Shown: in pieces, positions 1 to 9,038 of the stretch
How the letters are laid out: the number at the start of each line of letters is the position of its first letter
Position numbering within the stretch: the first letter of the stretch is position 1
From: Corallococcus coralloides
GTDB lineage: Bacteria; Myxococcota; Myxococcia; Myxococcales; Myxococcaceae
Length of the DNA: 64,000 bases
Assembly (NCBI RefSeq): GCF_044792175.1
Contig: NZ_CP172866.1
Direction: 5' to 3' (one strand)
The notes under the pieces: generated by a model
The model's input: the letters and a program-made list of their open reading frames with translations, nothing else
The model's database searches: none
What the model was told of the DNA's origin: nothing
Translations under genes and position numbers: made by a program

Positions 1-712
1 GGCCGCTGAGCGTGTCATCCCCGATGGTGTGCACGCTGACGCGCGCGGTGCCGGCGCCCATGGGCGTGGCGGTGATGACCTCATAGCCCTCGGCGTGCCC
101 GGCGGCCTGCCGCACGATGGTGTGCGGCCAGGAGGCGGGCGCCGCCGCCGTCAGCGGACAGTCCAGGCAGGGCGCGTCGCGGTGCGCGAAGGCGCCGAAG
201 CACGGCTGGCCCACCATCTCCTCCTGCCGCGCCTCCCCGGAGGTCCACACCGCCTTGAGCGTCCCGAAAGACGACAGCTCGGTGGAGATTTCGTAGCTCA
301 GGTCCCCTCGGGGCCCGTGGGCCGCGGCCACGTCCGGGACGGCGCCGCGCTCGGGGACGGAGAGGGGCGGCGCCGCGCGCGTGACGATGGCCACCAGCCG
401 CAGGGGAGGGCGGCCCACGGCGGCCACATCCAGCTCCACCGACAGCCGCTCACCGTCGCGCGTGAGCACCTGCGTCTCCATCCGGGTCTCGGCGCTGGTG
501 AAGATGGCCCGCAGCGCCCGCCCCACCTCGCGCCCGTGCTCGCGCGGCGTGCAGACATCCGTCCAGCGGCGCCCCAGCAGCTCCTCACGGGGCCGGCCCA
601 GGAGCGCCGTGAACGCGCCGTTCGCCAGCTCGATGCGGCCTCGCCGGTCCATCACGACGATGGGCCGCGTGTCCCGCTCCGCGAGCAGCGACGCGGTCAA
701 CGACCAGTCCAT
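1..712 (-). CDS. PAS-domain sensor protein, N-terminal part (partial; continues beyond the window start)
   Basis: Reverse-strand ATG at 710-712 opens a frame with no stop before position 1. It translates to MDWSLTASLLAERDTRPIVVMDRRGRIELANGAFTALLGRPREELLGRRWTDVCTP..., which is PAS-like. The ORF track omits it because no stop lies inside the window; the listed 29..1213 + ORF is its antisense shadow. Confidence 0.6.
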   Translation of the reverse strand, partial: MDWSLTASLLAERDTRPIVVMDRRGRIELANGAFTALLGRPREELLGRRWTDVCTPREHGREVGRALRAIFTSAETRMETQVLTRDGERLSVELDVAAVGRPPLRLVAIVTRAAPPLSVPERGAVPDVAAAHGPRGDLSYEISTELSSFGTLKAVWTSGEARQEEMVGQPCFGAFAHRDAPCLDCPLTAAAPASWPHTIVRQAAGHAEGYEVITATPMGAGTARVSVHTIGDDTLSG

Positions 713-1001
713 GATGCCCCCCCAGCCGTTGCAATCCCGTGCAAGCTTTACATGGGTAGTGCTGAATTCCTCGGTTTGAATAGCTTACAGCGAGACGCCT
801 GCGTTTGCATTTGGACAAACGTTCAATCACAGACCGTCGCGTTCAGGGGAGGACGGTCCGTGTGCGCGCCTGTCCGCCTGGGGGGCGTGCCGGAAACCTG
901 GAACGTCCCCCTGAATCCGGGCAACCTGCTGCATCGCCTGGGCCCGGGGATTACTCCCAGGGCTTCCCCGCCGTCCCCTCCGAGGGAGAGGAGCTGCACG
1001 C

Positions 1002-2060
1002 ATGAGCGCACCGCGACGACCCGCGCAGTTCGACCTCTTCACCGGCGCGCTGGAGGAGCCACCCGCTTCGTCGCGGCGCAGGACCCAGCCGGTCGGGCCC
1101 GCCGCGCCGTCCGACAGCCTGCGCATGTTGGGGGAGCAGCTCCCGCGCGGCGTCTACCTGGGCACGTCGTCGTGGACGTTCCCGGGGTGGAACGGGCTCG
1201 TCTACGACCATGAGGCCAGCACGACCCAGTTGGCGCGCGAGGGCCTGGCCGCCTACGCGCACCACCCGGTGCTGCGCACGGTGGGCATCGACCGGACCTT
1301 CTACGCGCCGGTGCCGGCCAGCACCTTCGCCGAGTACGCGCAGCAGGTGCCGGACGGCTTCCGCTTCCTGGTGAAGGCGCATGAAGCCTGCACGCTGGCG
1401 CGCTTCCCCGTGCACGAGCGGTACGGCGCGCACCGGGGGCAGGTGAATGACCGCTTCCTCCAGGCGGCCTACGCCGTGGACCACGTGGTGGCGCCGTTCC
1501 TGGAGGGGCTGGGCGACAAGGCCGGGCCGCTCGTCTTCCAGTTCCCGCCGCAGGACCCCGCGGCGCTGGGCGGCGCGGGCCGCTTCGTGGAGCGGCTGCA
1601 CGCGTTCTTCTCCGCGCTGCCCCGGGGGCCGCTGTACGCGGTGGAGGTGCGCAACGAGGAGCTGCTCACGGAGGGCTTCGCCCAGGCGCTCGCGGACACG
1701 GGCGTGAGCCCGGTGCTCGCGGTGTGGGCCCACATGCCGCCCGTCGCGCGGCAGGCGAAGCTCACGCGCGCCTTCGAGGCCCGCGCCGTGGTGGTGCGCT
1801 GGATGCTGCCGCCGAACCTGGGCTACGAGGAGGCCTACGCCCGCTACGCGCCCTTCAACCGGCTGGTGGACGAGGACGTGGGCACCCGCGACGTGCTGGC
1901 CCGGGTGTGCATGGCCGCGGTGCGGCGCGACCGGCCCGTCTTCGTGACCATCAACAACAAGGCGGAAGGCAGCGCTCCCCTGTCCGCCGTCCGGCTCGCG
2001 GAACGCGTCGTGTCACACAAGGAGGAGGGCGGCCAGCGAAGCGTTGCTCACGCAACATGA
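1002..2060 (+). CDS. DUF72 (YecE-like) family protein
   Basis: 352-aa ORF with the conserved DUF72 signature LGTSSWTFPGW near the N-terminus and divergent orientation to the PAS gene. Confidence 0.8.
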   Translation: MSAPRRPAQFDLFTGALEEPPASSRRRTQPVGPAAPSDSLRMLGEQLPRGVYLGTSSWTFPGWNGLVYDHEASTTQLAREGLAAYAHHPVLRTVGIDRTFYAPVPASTFAEYAQQVPDGFRFLVKAHEACTLARFPVHERYGAHRGQVNDRFLQAAYAVDHVVAPFLEGLGDKAGPLVFQFPPQDPAALGGAGRFVERLHAFFSALPRGPLYAVEVRNEELLTEGFAQALADTGVSPVLAVWAHMPPVARQAKLTRAFEARAVVVRWMLPPNLGYEEAYARYAPFNRLVDEDVGTRDVLARVCMAAVRRDRPVFVTINNKAEGSAPLSAVRLAERVVSHKEEGGQRSVAHAT

Positions 2061-2092
2061 CTTGCGCGCGAGCACGGCGCTTGCTTACGTGA

Positions 2093-2407
2093 TTGGCCAT
2101 GAAGGTGATGACCCTGGCCGCGCTGTTGATGCAGATGACCTCCGCCGGTGGCGCCGGCTCGGAGGGCAGGCGTGCGGGCAATCACGTGGACCTGGTGGGT
2201 GAAGGCCACCCGCGCGCGGTGAAGGAGGACATCACCTCGCTCAAGGGGGAGATCACCAGCCTGAAGGAGCAGTTCCGGCTGGCGCGCGAGCGTCAGCGCC
2301 TGGCGGCCGAGGAGAAGCAGCGCCAGGAGGAGGCCCGCTACGGTGTCACGCCGAAAGCCACCCCCGCCGCTGCCACCCGAGGGGCCGGAGCCTCCACCCA
2401 CCCCTGA
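2093..2407 (+). CDS. small coiled-coil protein; possibly the frameshifted N-terminal part of the downstream Smr protein
   Basis: 104-aa ORF with a heptad-like [35 protein letters not shown] segment. It overlaps the Smr ORF by 65 nt in a different frame. Confidence 0.3.
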   Translation: MAMKVMTLAALLMQMTSAGGAGSEGRRAGNHVDLVGEGHPRAVKEDITSLKGEITSLKEQFRLARERQRLAAEEKQRQEEARYGVTPKATPAAATRGAGASTHP

Positions 2408-2681
2408 GGAGCTGGGGGCGGTAGAAATTCCGGTCGATGGGAACCTCGACCTGCATCTCTTCCAGCCTCGCGAGGTGAAGGAGCTCGTCGCCGAGTACCT
2501 CTGGGCCTGCCGCCAGAAGGGCGTGCTCGACGTGCGCATCATCCACGGCAAGGGCACGGGCGCGCTGCGGCGCACCGTGCAGTCCCTGCTGCCCACGCTG
2601 CCGGAGGTCGAAAGCTTCCAGACGGCCTCCGAGGCGGACGGAGGCTGGGGCGCGACGTGGGTGCGGCTCAAGCCCCTGTGA
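2343..2681 (+). CDS. Smr domain protein
   Basis: GTG start; translation contains LDLHLF...[20 protein letters not shown], the Smr/MutS2 C-terminal nuclease-like domain signature. Confidence 0.7.
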   Translation: MSRRKPPPPLPPEGPEPPPTPEELGAVEIPVDGNLDLHLFQPREVKELVAEYLWACRQKGVLDVRIIHGKGTGALRRTVQSLLPTLPEVESFQTASEADGGWGATWVRLKPL

Positions 2682-2696
2682 CGGGGCCCGCGCTCC

Positions 2697-5525
2697 TCAG
2701 GACAGCCAGAAGTACGCGGAGGCGATGAGGGTGCGCTTCTCCGTCACGCGCGCCTTGTTCGCCAGCTCCGCCATCTGCCGGTCCTTGGAGGCGTAGCGCT
2801 TCTCCTCTTCGTTGCGCAGCGACGCCAGCTTGCGGCGGTAGTCGCGCTCCATCCGGTCCGAGTGCGCCCGCGCCTTCGCGCGCTCCGCGACGTCCTCGAT
2901 GCCGGACACCTCCTTGCGCGCGTCGAACCACGCCTGGCGGGCGGCCTCCACCACCTCGCGCGACTCCATCAGGCAGTCCTCGACGTAGCGGTCCGCGCGC
3001 TCCTTGGCCTTGTCCAGCTCCAACGCGTTGCGCCGTTCCGCGGCCCGAATCAGCTCATCCTTGGCGGTCATGAGCGACTGCTCTTGCATGAGCTGGACCG
3101 ACACCGGCGCGGGCTGCCGCCGCTTCTCCTCCTTGGCGTCGAGCTTCGTGAAGTGGACCCCGTCCGTCAGCGGCAGGGCGCGGAAGCCGCCGTCCCGGTC
3201 CTTCACCAGCACCAGGTGGACCAGCTTCTCCTCCGGCTTCAGGCCCGTGGTCTCGAACTTGTAGACGAACCACCAGCCCTCGCTGCCGGCCAGCCGCGCC
3301 AGCCGCGAGGGCAGGCCAGCCGCGTCCAGTTGCAGGTAGCTGACGGTGTCCTGGGTGCGGTCGCGCACCGCGTAGGCGGCCTTGGCCACCTGGAGCCGTC
3401 CGGAGGTGCGGCTGCCCAGCACGGAGCCGGTGAGCGCCTTCGCCTCCTGCTGGCGCCTGGCAACGACCTCCTTGGCGGCGTCTCCCGCCACGCGCAGGCG
3501 GCGGCGCACGTCACCGTCGAAGCGCTCCAGCACCACCGAGCGCATCGACGTCATGCGCTGGTTGATGCTGCCCTCCAGCTCCTCGCGCAGCTTGTCGAAG
3601 GCGCTGTTGATGTCCTTCGGGTCGCGGCAGGACTGGTAGATGTCCAGCACGCGCCGCTCGAAGTCGACGCCGCTCTCCAGCGCGCCCAGGATCTCGTCGG
3701 ACGCGCCGAACACGCCGTCGAAGAGGTTGAGCTTCTTCTCCAGGAGCTCGAACAGGCGCGCGTCCGCCGCGTTCTGCCGGTTGAGGAAGTTCACCACCAG
3801 CACGTCGCGCTGCTGGCCGTAGCGGTGGCACCGGCCGATGCGCTGCTCCACGCGCTGCGGGTTCCACGGCAGGTCGTAGTTCACCACCAGGTTGCAGAAC
3901 TGGAGGTTGAGGCCCTCCGCGCCCGCTTCCGTGCAGATGAGGATCTGCGTCTTGTGGCGGAACTCCTCCACCAGCGCCCGGCGCTCCTCGGGCGTGCCGC
4001 CGGCGTCGCCGGACAGCAGGGAGATCTTCCCCTTGTAGCCGTGCTCCGACAGCAGGTTGAACAGGTACTGCTGCGTGCGCTTGGACTCCGTGAAGATGAG
4101 CGCCTTCTCCGGCCAGGAGTGCGTGCGCATCACCGCGAAGGTGCGGTCCAGGGCGCGCTTGAGCGCCTCACCCTTGGCGTTGATGCGGATGGAGTCCGCG
4201 AGGTCCGCGTACTGCCGCAGCTCCCAGACCTCCTGCTCCAGCGTGCGGACCTGGGGCGCCTTGGCGGGGTCGTCGGACCACTCCTCGCCCTCCTCCACGA
4301 ACTGCTTGGCCTCTTCCGGCTCGAAGAGCGACAGGGCCTGCTGTCCCAGCCGCGCGGCCGTCAGGCGCTTCTCCAGGTTCTCCGACAGCCGCCGCAGCGT
4401 GGGCGCGATGGCGAACGTGGAGGAGGCCAGCAGCTTGCGGTAGCACAGCGTCAAGAGCGTCTTCTTGCCCGGCTCGATGGCCGCGGCCTCCGAGCGCTGG
4501 AGGTACTCGCTGACCTTCTCGTAGAGGTCGTGCTCCTCCGGCGAGGGGTGGAAGTCCTCCACGATGCTGCGGCGGTTGGTGTAGCGGACGTACTCGCGCA
4601 CCTGCCGGCGCAGCGTGCGCTGCACCACCGGGGCCAGCCGCTCCTTGAGCTCGCAAGCGGCGGCCTCCGTCATGCCGCCGCCCTCGTCCGCGCGGTAGCG
4701 GCTGCGGAAGGCGTGCTCGGGGCCCAAAATCTGCTCGTCCAGGAGCGACATCAGGCCGAACAGCTCCATCAGGTCGTTCTGGAGCGGGGTGGCGGTGAGC
4801 AGCAGCTTGGGGCGGCCCGCGAGCGACGCGCGCAGCGCCTGGCCCGTCTTGTTGTTGGCCCGGTGCGCGTTTCGCAGGCGGTGGGCCTCGTCGATGATGA
4901 CCAGGTCCCAGGGGATCTCCGCCACGAGCGCGGACTTGTTCGCCGCGAACGGGTGCGAGCAGATGACGGGGAAGGGCTGGTCGAAGCAGTTGTTGTGCTT
5001 CTTCACGTCGCGGCCGTCGACGAGGACGCTGTCCAGGTCGAACTTCTCGCGCAGCTCCGCGTTCCACTGCGCGCGCAGCACGGCGGGGGCCAGGATGAGG
5101 ATGCGGTTCTTGCCCTCTGCCATGAGCTGGGCGACGACGAGGCCCGCCTCGATGGTCTTCCCCAGGCCCACCTCGTCCGCGAGCATGCAGCCGCCGCGCG
5201 ACAGCGTGTCGAGCGCGAACATCGCGGCCTCGACCTGATGCGGGTTGAGGTCCACCTTCGCCTCGGCCAGCGCGTTCGCCAGCCGCTGCTGCGTGTCTCC
5301 GCTGCGCGCGAGCAGTTCCTCGGCGAGGAGCCGCTCGTGGAAGGGCGTCAGCCCCGCCTCCACCAGCTCCTCCGCGGCGCGGGCCGCGATGGCCGCGGCG
5401 TCCGCCTCGACCTCCAGCTTCAAACCCCTCACGACCTCCGCCAAGTCCCGCCTCCCGTCCGGTTTGGAGCGTGCGCGCGTGCGCGCGAACAGTTGAGGCG
5501 CGCCATTCTGGGCAGCGATCGGCAT
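2697..5525 (-). CDS. rapA: SNF2-family ATPase, RapA/HepA-like RNA polymerase-associated helicase
   Basis: The track ORF 2697..6542 was trimmed to the ATG at 5523-5525 (MPIAAQNG...), giving 943 aa. It carries SNF2 motifs LADEVGLGKTIEAG, DEAHRLRN, LLLTATPLQN and the helicase C motifs, plus a long C-terminal coiled-coil extension. Confidence 0.85.
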   Translation of the reverse strand: MPIAAQNGAPQLFARTRARSKPDGRRDLAEVVRGLKLEVEADAAAIAARAAEELVEAGLTPFHERLLAEELLARSGDTQQRLANALAEAKVDLNPHQVEAAMFALDTLSRGGCMLADEVGLGKTIEAGLVVAQLMAEGKNRILILAPAVLRAQWNAELREKFDLDSVLVDGRDVKKHNNCFDQPFPVICSHPFAANKSALVAEIPWDLVIIDEAHRLRNAHRANNKTGQALRASLAGRPKLLLTATPLQNDLMELFGLMSLLDEQILGPEHAFRSRYRADEGGGMTEAAACELKERLAPVVQRTLRRQVREYVRYTNRRSIVEDFHPSPEEHDLYEKVSEYLQRSEAAAIEPGKKTLLTLCYRKLLASSTFAIAPTLRRLSENLEKRLTAARLGQQALSLFEPEEAKQFVEEGEEWSDDPAKAPQVRTLEQEVWELRQYADLADSIRINAKGEALKRALDRTFAVMRTHSWPEKALIFTESKRTQQYLFNLLSEHGYKGKISLLSGDAGGTPEERRALVEEFRHKTQILICTEAGAEGLNLQFCNLVVNYDLPWNPQRVEQRIGRCHRYGQQRDVLVVNFLNRQNAADARLFELLEKKLNLFDGVFGASDEILGALESGVDFERRVLDIYQSCRDPKDINSAFDKLREELEGSINQRMTSMRSVVLERFDGDVRRRLRVAGDAAKEVVARRQQEAKALTGSVLGSRTSGRLQVAKAAYAVRDRTQDTVSYLQLDAAGLPSRLARLAGSEGWWFVYKFETTGLKPEEKLVHLVLVKDRDGGFRALPLTDGVHFTKLDAKEEKRRQPAPVSVQLMQEQSLMTAKDELIRAAERRNALELDKAKERADRYVEDCLMESREVVEAARQAWFDARKEVSGIEDVAERAKARAHSDRMERDYRRKLASLRNEEEKRYASKDRQMAELANKARVTEKRTLIASAYFWLS

Positions 5526-5659
5526 CTGTAAAGGGGGTCCTCCCGGAGGCCGAAAACTCGGCCTCCGCGCGATTGGCAAGCCCGCTGTTCGGCGGAGCGA
5601 CGCATGCGCGCGCGAGCACTGGAATGTTTCAAAGGGCTTGACGAATGCGCCGTGAGCGC

Positions 5660-6985
5660 TCAGAGCCGCCCGCGCGCCTTCACGTCCAGGTACACGTTGA
5701 GTGCAGCGGCGCCGAAGCCGCGTGCCGGCGCGCGCACCACCAGGGCCCCCGCGTCGCGCAGCGTGGTGGCGGTGCGGCGGTACTCGGCCTCCATGCGGGA
5801 GGCGGCCTGCCGCGCGTAGGCGGACGTCGCGTCGCCGGGCACGTCCGTGGCGGCGGCCTCCAGGTCCTCGTCCAGCAGCGACGCGACGACGGGCAGGTGC
5901 CGGGGGCGCAGGGCCAGCGTGCGCGTGAGGAGCGCGGAGGACGCGTCCGGATCCACCAGGTCGGTGAAGAGCACCACCAGCGCGCGGCGCGTCTGGCGGG
6001 CGAAGGCGAAGTCGAACGCGCGGCCGTAGTCGCTCTCCTCCAGGCCGGCCTCCGCGCGGTAGAGAGACTCGGTGATGAGGCGCAGGTGCTCCGCGCCCTT
6101 GCGCGGGGGCAGGAAGGCGCGCACGTCGCTGGCGAACGCGAGCACGCCCACCACGTCGCCCGCGTCCAGGCTCACGCGCGCCAGCCGCAGCGCCGCGTCC
6201 ACCGCGTGGTCCAGCTTCCTTCGCCCCTGCACCCGGCCCGCCATGTGACGGCCGCAGTCCAGGAGCAGCAGCACGGGCTGGTTGCGCTCCGGCTGCCACG
6301 TGCGCACCAGCGTGTGGCCGTGGCGCGCGGAGGACTTCCAGTCGATGTGGCGGTAGTCGTCGCCGGGGCGGTACTCGCGCAGCGATTCGAACTCGCGGCC
6401 CTCCACGGACTTGCGCGGCAGCGTGCGCGCGGACACGGCCTCCGACGCGCGCGCCAGCGTCAGCGCCTCGCGCGACAGGGCGCGCAGGTCCGGATACACC
6501 TTCACGTCCTGGCCCGCGGGCAGCCGCACCTGCCGCGAGCACAGGCCCAGCGGCCCCATCAGCCGCAGGTTCACGTCGCCGAAGCGCGCGTCGCCCCGGG
6601 AGAGCGGGTGCACGCGGTATGTCAGCCGCGTGGCGTCTTGGGGCTCCAGCGTGAAGGGCTGACGGTGGCCATGGCTCTCCACGTCCAGGGGCGGCTCGTC
6701 TCGCAGCTCGCCGCGCACGGGCCGGTCCGCGCGCGAGCGCAGCTCCCAGCGCACGGTGTTGTCCACGCCGGAGGAGAGGATGGGCTCCACCTCGCGGCGC
6801 GCGTCGACGTCACGGGCCTGCGGCGCGCGCAGGAAGTCCACCGCGCACAGGAGCAGGACGGCCACGTCCACCGCGAGCGCCAGCCACCCGAAGGCGGGGC
6901 TCGCCACCGCGAGCGCGGCGGGCACGAGCGCCCCGGCGAACAGCGCCACGGCGAGGCCGCTGGGGACGGGGCGCCCTGGGCTCAC
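5660..6985 (-). CDS. DUF58 domain protein (MoxR-associated, vWA-like)
   Basis: 441 aa with N-terminal TM helices and the DUF58 signature [19 protein letters not shown]. Its start overlaps the MoxR stop by 4 nt (ATGA). Confidence 0.85.
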   Translation of the reverse strand: MSPGRPVPSGLAVALFAGALVPAALAVASPAFGWLALAVDVAVLLLCAVDFLRAPQARDVDARREVEPILSSGVDNTVRWELRSRADRPVRGELRDEPPLDVESHGHRQPFTLEPQDATRLTYRVHPLSRGDARFGDVNLRLMGPLGLCSRQVRLPAGQDVKVYPDLRALSREALTLARASEAVSARTLPRKSVEGREFESLREYRPGDDYRHIDWKSSARHGHTLVRTWQPERNQPVLLLLDCGRHMAGRVQGRRKLDHAVDAALRLARVSLDAGDVVGVLAFASDVRAFLPPRKGAEHLRLITESLYRAEAGLEESDYGRAFDFAFARQTRRALVVLFTDLVDPDASSALLTRTLALRPRHLPVVASLLDEDLEAAATDVPGDATSAYARQAASRMEAEYRRTATTLRDAGALVVRAPARGFGAAALNVYLDVKARGRL

Positions 6986-7917
6986 CGGGGCACTCGCACC
7001 CGTTCGAGCAACTGCTTCAGCACGTCATCCGCGGTGACGCCCTCCACCTCCGCCTCGGCCTTGAGGAGGAGCCGGTGGTTGAGGACGCTGGGCGTCACGG
7101 CCTTCACGTCGTCCGGGGTGACGAAGTCGGTGCCCCGGAGCGCCGCGTGCGCCTTGGCCGCCGCGAGCAGGGCCTGGGCGGCGCGGGGGCTCGCGCCCAG
7201 CCGCACGCGGGGGTGGGCGCGGGTGTCGCGCACGAGCTGCACCACGTACTGGAGGATGGAGTCGTCGCACGCGACGCGCGCCGCGCGGTCCTGCAGCTCC
7301 GTCAGCGTCCCCGCGTCCAGCACGCGGGACACGCCGGGCGGGCGGCCCTCGCGCTGATGGAAGGCGCGCAGGAGCGACGTTTCGGCGTCGCCGTCCGGGT
7401 AGCCCACGCGCACGCGCATGAGGAAGCGGTCCAACTGCGCCTCGGGGAGGGGATAGGTGCCCTCCAGCTCCAGCGGGTTCTGCGTGGCCACGACGAAGAA
7501 GTGGGGCGGCAGCGCGTGGGTGACGCCGTCGATGGTGACCTGCCGCTCCTCCATGGCCTCCAGGAGCGCCGCCTGCGTCTTGGGCGGCGTGCGGTTGATC
7601 TCATCCGCGACCAGGACCTCCGTGAAGACGGGGCCCTTCATCAGGCGGAAGGCCTGCGACTGCGGCTGGAAGACGTTGGTGCCCAGGATGTCCGCGGGCA
7701 TCAGGTCCGGGGTGAACTGCACGCGGGAGAAGGACAGGCCCAGCGCCCCCGCCATGCTGCGCGCGGTGAGCGTCTTGGCGACCCCGGGCACGCCCTCCAG
7801 CAGCACGTGACCGCGCGCGAGGAAGGCCGTCACCAGGTCGGCCAGCACGCGGGGCTGGCCCACGACGGCCGAGCCCAGCGCGTCGAGGAGGCGGGAGAGG
7901 GGCGTGGCGTCGGACAT
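6982..7917 (-). CDS. MoxR-family AAA+ ATPase
   Basis: 311 aa with Walker A GVPGVAKT and Walker B LVADEINR, typical of MoxR, and operon-linked to the DUF58 gene. Confidence 0.9.
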   Translation of the reverse strand: MSDATPLSRLLDALGSAVVGQPRVLADLVTAFLARGHVLLEGVPGVAKTLTARSMAGALGLSFSRVQFTPDLMPADILGTNVFQPQSQAFRLMKGPVFTEVLVADEINRTPPKTQAALLEAMEERQVTIDGVTHALPPHFFVVATQNPLELEGTYPLPEAQLDRFLMRVRVGYPDGDAETSLLRAFHQREGRPPGVSRVLDAGTLTELQDRAARVACDDSILQYVVQLVRDTRAHPRVRLGASPRAAQALLAAAKAHAALRGTDFVTPDDVKAVTPSVLNHRLLLKAEAEVEGVTADDVLKQLLERVRVPR

Positions 7918-7977
7918 GGTGGCGGGCGACGGTAGCCCGCCTCACGTCCGGCGCGGCAGCGAAAAACCGGTAGGGGC

Positions 7978-8952
7978 CTACTCCTGGCGCTTCAGCCCCA
8001 TCAGGCTGCCCAAAACCGCGATGACGCCGCCGAGGATGCCCAGGAAACAGCCGATGCTCGGCGACGAGTTCATCATCTCCGAGTTGCCGAGCGGCGACGG
8101 CACGAGCGTGGTGTCCGAGGACAGCTTCAGGAACACCAGCGACCAGACCAGGGTCACCACGCTGCAGACCATCTGCGCGCCCCACGGCAGCATGGGGTTC
8201 ACCCAGGTCATCACCTGACGCGCCCGCAGGCCCACGAAGACCATGGTCGCCACGGCGAAGAGGAAGGAGATGAACCCCAGGCTGATGAGGCCCAGGAAGT
8301 CGCCGTCCGCCGCCGTCTCCTTCCACGGCATGAAGCAGGAGAGCACCACCAGCGTCGCGCCCCAGAACGCGATGCGGTCTCCGCCCTCCAGCTCGCGCAG
8401 GAACGAGCGCGCGTCGTCCAGCAGGACCTCCGGATCGTCGATGGGCGAGCGGGGCGACTCCAGCTCACGCGCCTCGCGGGACCAGGGATCCGCCACCGCG
8501 TCGCCCACGTCATCCTCGTCCTCCTGGACGGGGGCGGGAGCCGGGGCGCGGCGGGCCGGCGCGCGAGCGGCCTTGGCGGCGCCACCGGCCCGGGCGGGAG
8601 CGGCGCGCTGGGCCTTCTCCCGGGCGATGTCGTCCATGCTCCGCACGTTGGTGGCGTCATCGCTCGGCGGCGGCGCGGCGGGGCGGGCGCCCGTCCTGGC
8701 GCGGGCCGGGGCGGGGCGTGCACGGGGCTCCGGAGCGGCGCGGGCCGGAGGGGGCCGCGAGCGCGGCGGAGGACGGACGCCGGTGCTCTCGTCATCGCCG
8801 CCGGAGTTCCCCTCATCCCCGGTTCCCCCAAGGAAGGACTCGTCGATGATGTGGTCGCAGTGGGGGCAGATGGCGGTGTCTTCCGCGACCTTGCGATTGC
8901 AGCCTGGGCAGTTCAGGGCCGGTGCTCCGGGAGGGGGGAAACGGCCCGGCAT
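7978..8952 (-). CDS. membrane protein with N-terminal zinc ribbon, Pro/Arg-rich linker and C-terminal multi-TM domain
   Basis: N-terminus is CPGC-x13-CPHC, followed by a long low-complexity Pro/Ala/Arg region, then about four hydrophobic helices. Lies upstream of MoxR on the same strand. Confidence 0.6.
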   Translation of the reverse strand: MPGRFPPPGAPALNCPGCNRKVAEDTAICPHCDHIIDESFLGGTGDEGNSGGDDESTGVRPPPRSRPPPARAAPEPRARPAPARARTGARPAAPPPSDDATNVRSMDDIAREKAQRAAPARAGGAAKAARAPARRAPAPAPVQEDEDDVGDAVADPWSREARELESPRSPIDDPEVLLDDARSFLRELEGGDRIAFWGATLVVLSCFMPWKETAADGDFLGLISLGFISFLFAVATMVFVGLRARQVMTWVNPMLPWGAQMVCSVVTLVWSLVFLKLSSDTTLVPSPLGNSEMMNSSPSIGCFLGILGGVIAVLGSLMGLKRQE

Positions 8953-9038
8953 CTTCCCGGCCCCGGCGCGCGGCTGTCAAACCCGTTCAGCGCCATAACC
9001 CCTGGATTTTCGCGGGGAATTGACCTAGCCCCTCGGGC

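Noticed and set aside
713-1001. Sigma-54-like TTGCACG-gga-TTGCA element on the minus strand in the divergent intergenic region
   Set aside because: The spacing is one nt short of the TGGCACG-N4-TTGC consensus and the -24 GG is TG. Too weak to call.
29-1213. 394-aa + strand ORF at the window start
   Set aside because: It is the antisense shadow of the minus-strand PAS-domain gene (1..712) and of the divergent intergenic region. The translation is Arg/Gly/Ala/Pro-rich low-complexity typical of wrong-frame ORFs in 70% GC DNA.
5526-6542. N-terminal 339-aa extension of the 2697..6542 minus-strand ORF
   Set aside because: The extension is Arg/Pro/Gly-rich, overlaps the DUF58 gene on the same strand in another frame, and has no SNF2 homology. 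The real start is the ATG at 5525.
2862-7357. Long + strand ORFs 2862..5531 (889 aa) and 5645..7357 (570 aa), plus the minus ORF 4168..5619
   Set aside because: These are antisense or alternate-frame shadows of rapA, DUF58 and moxR, with no domain signatures and biased composition.
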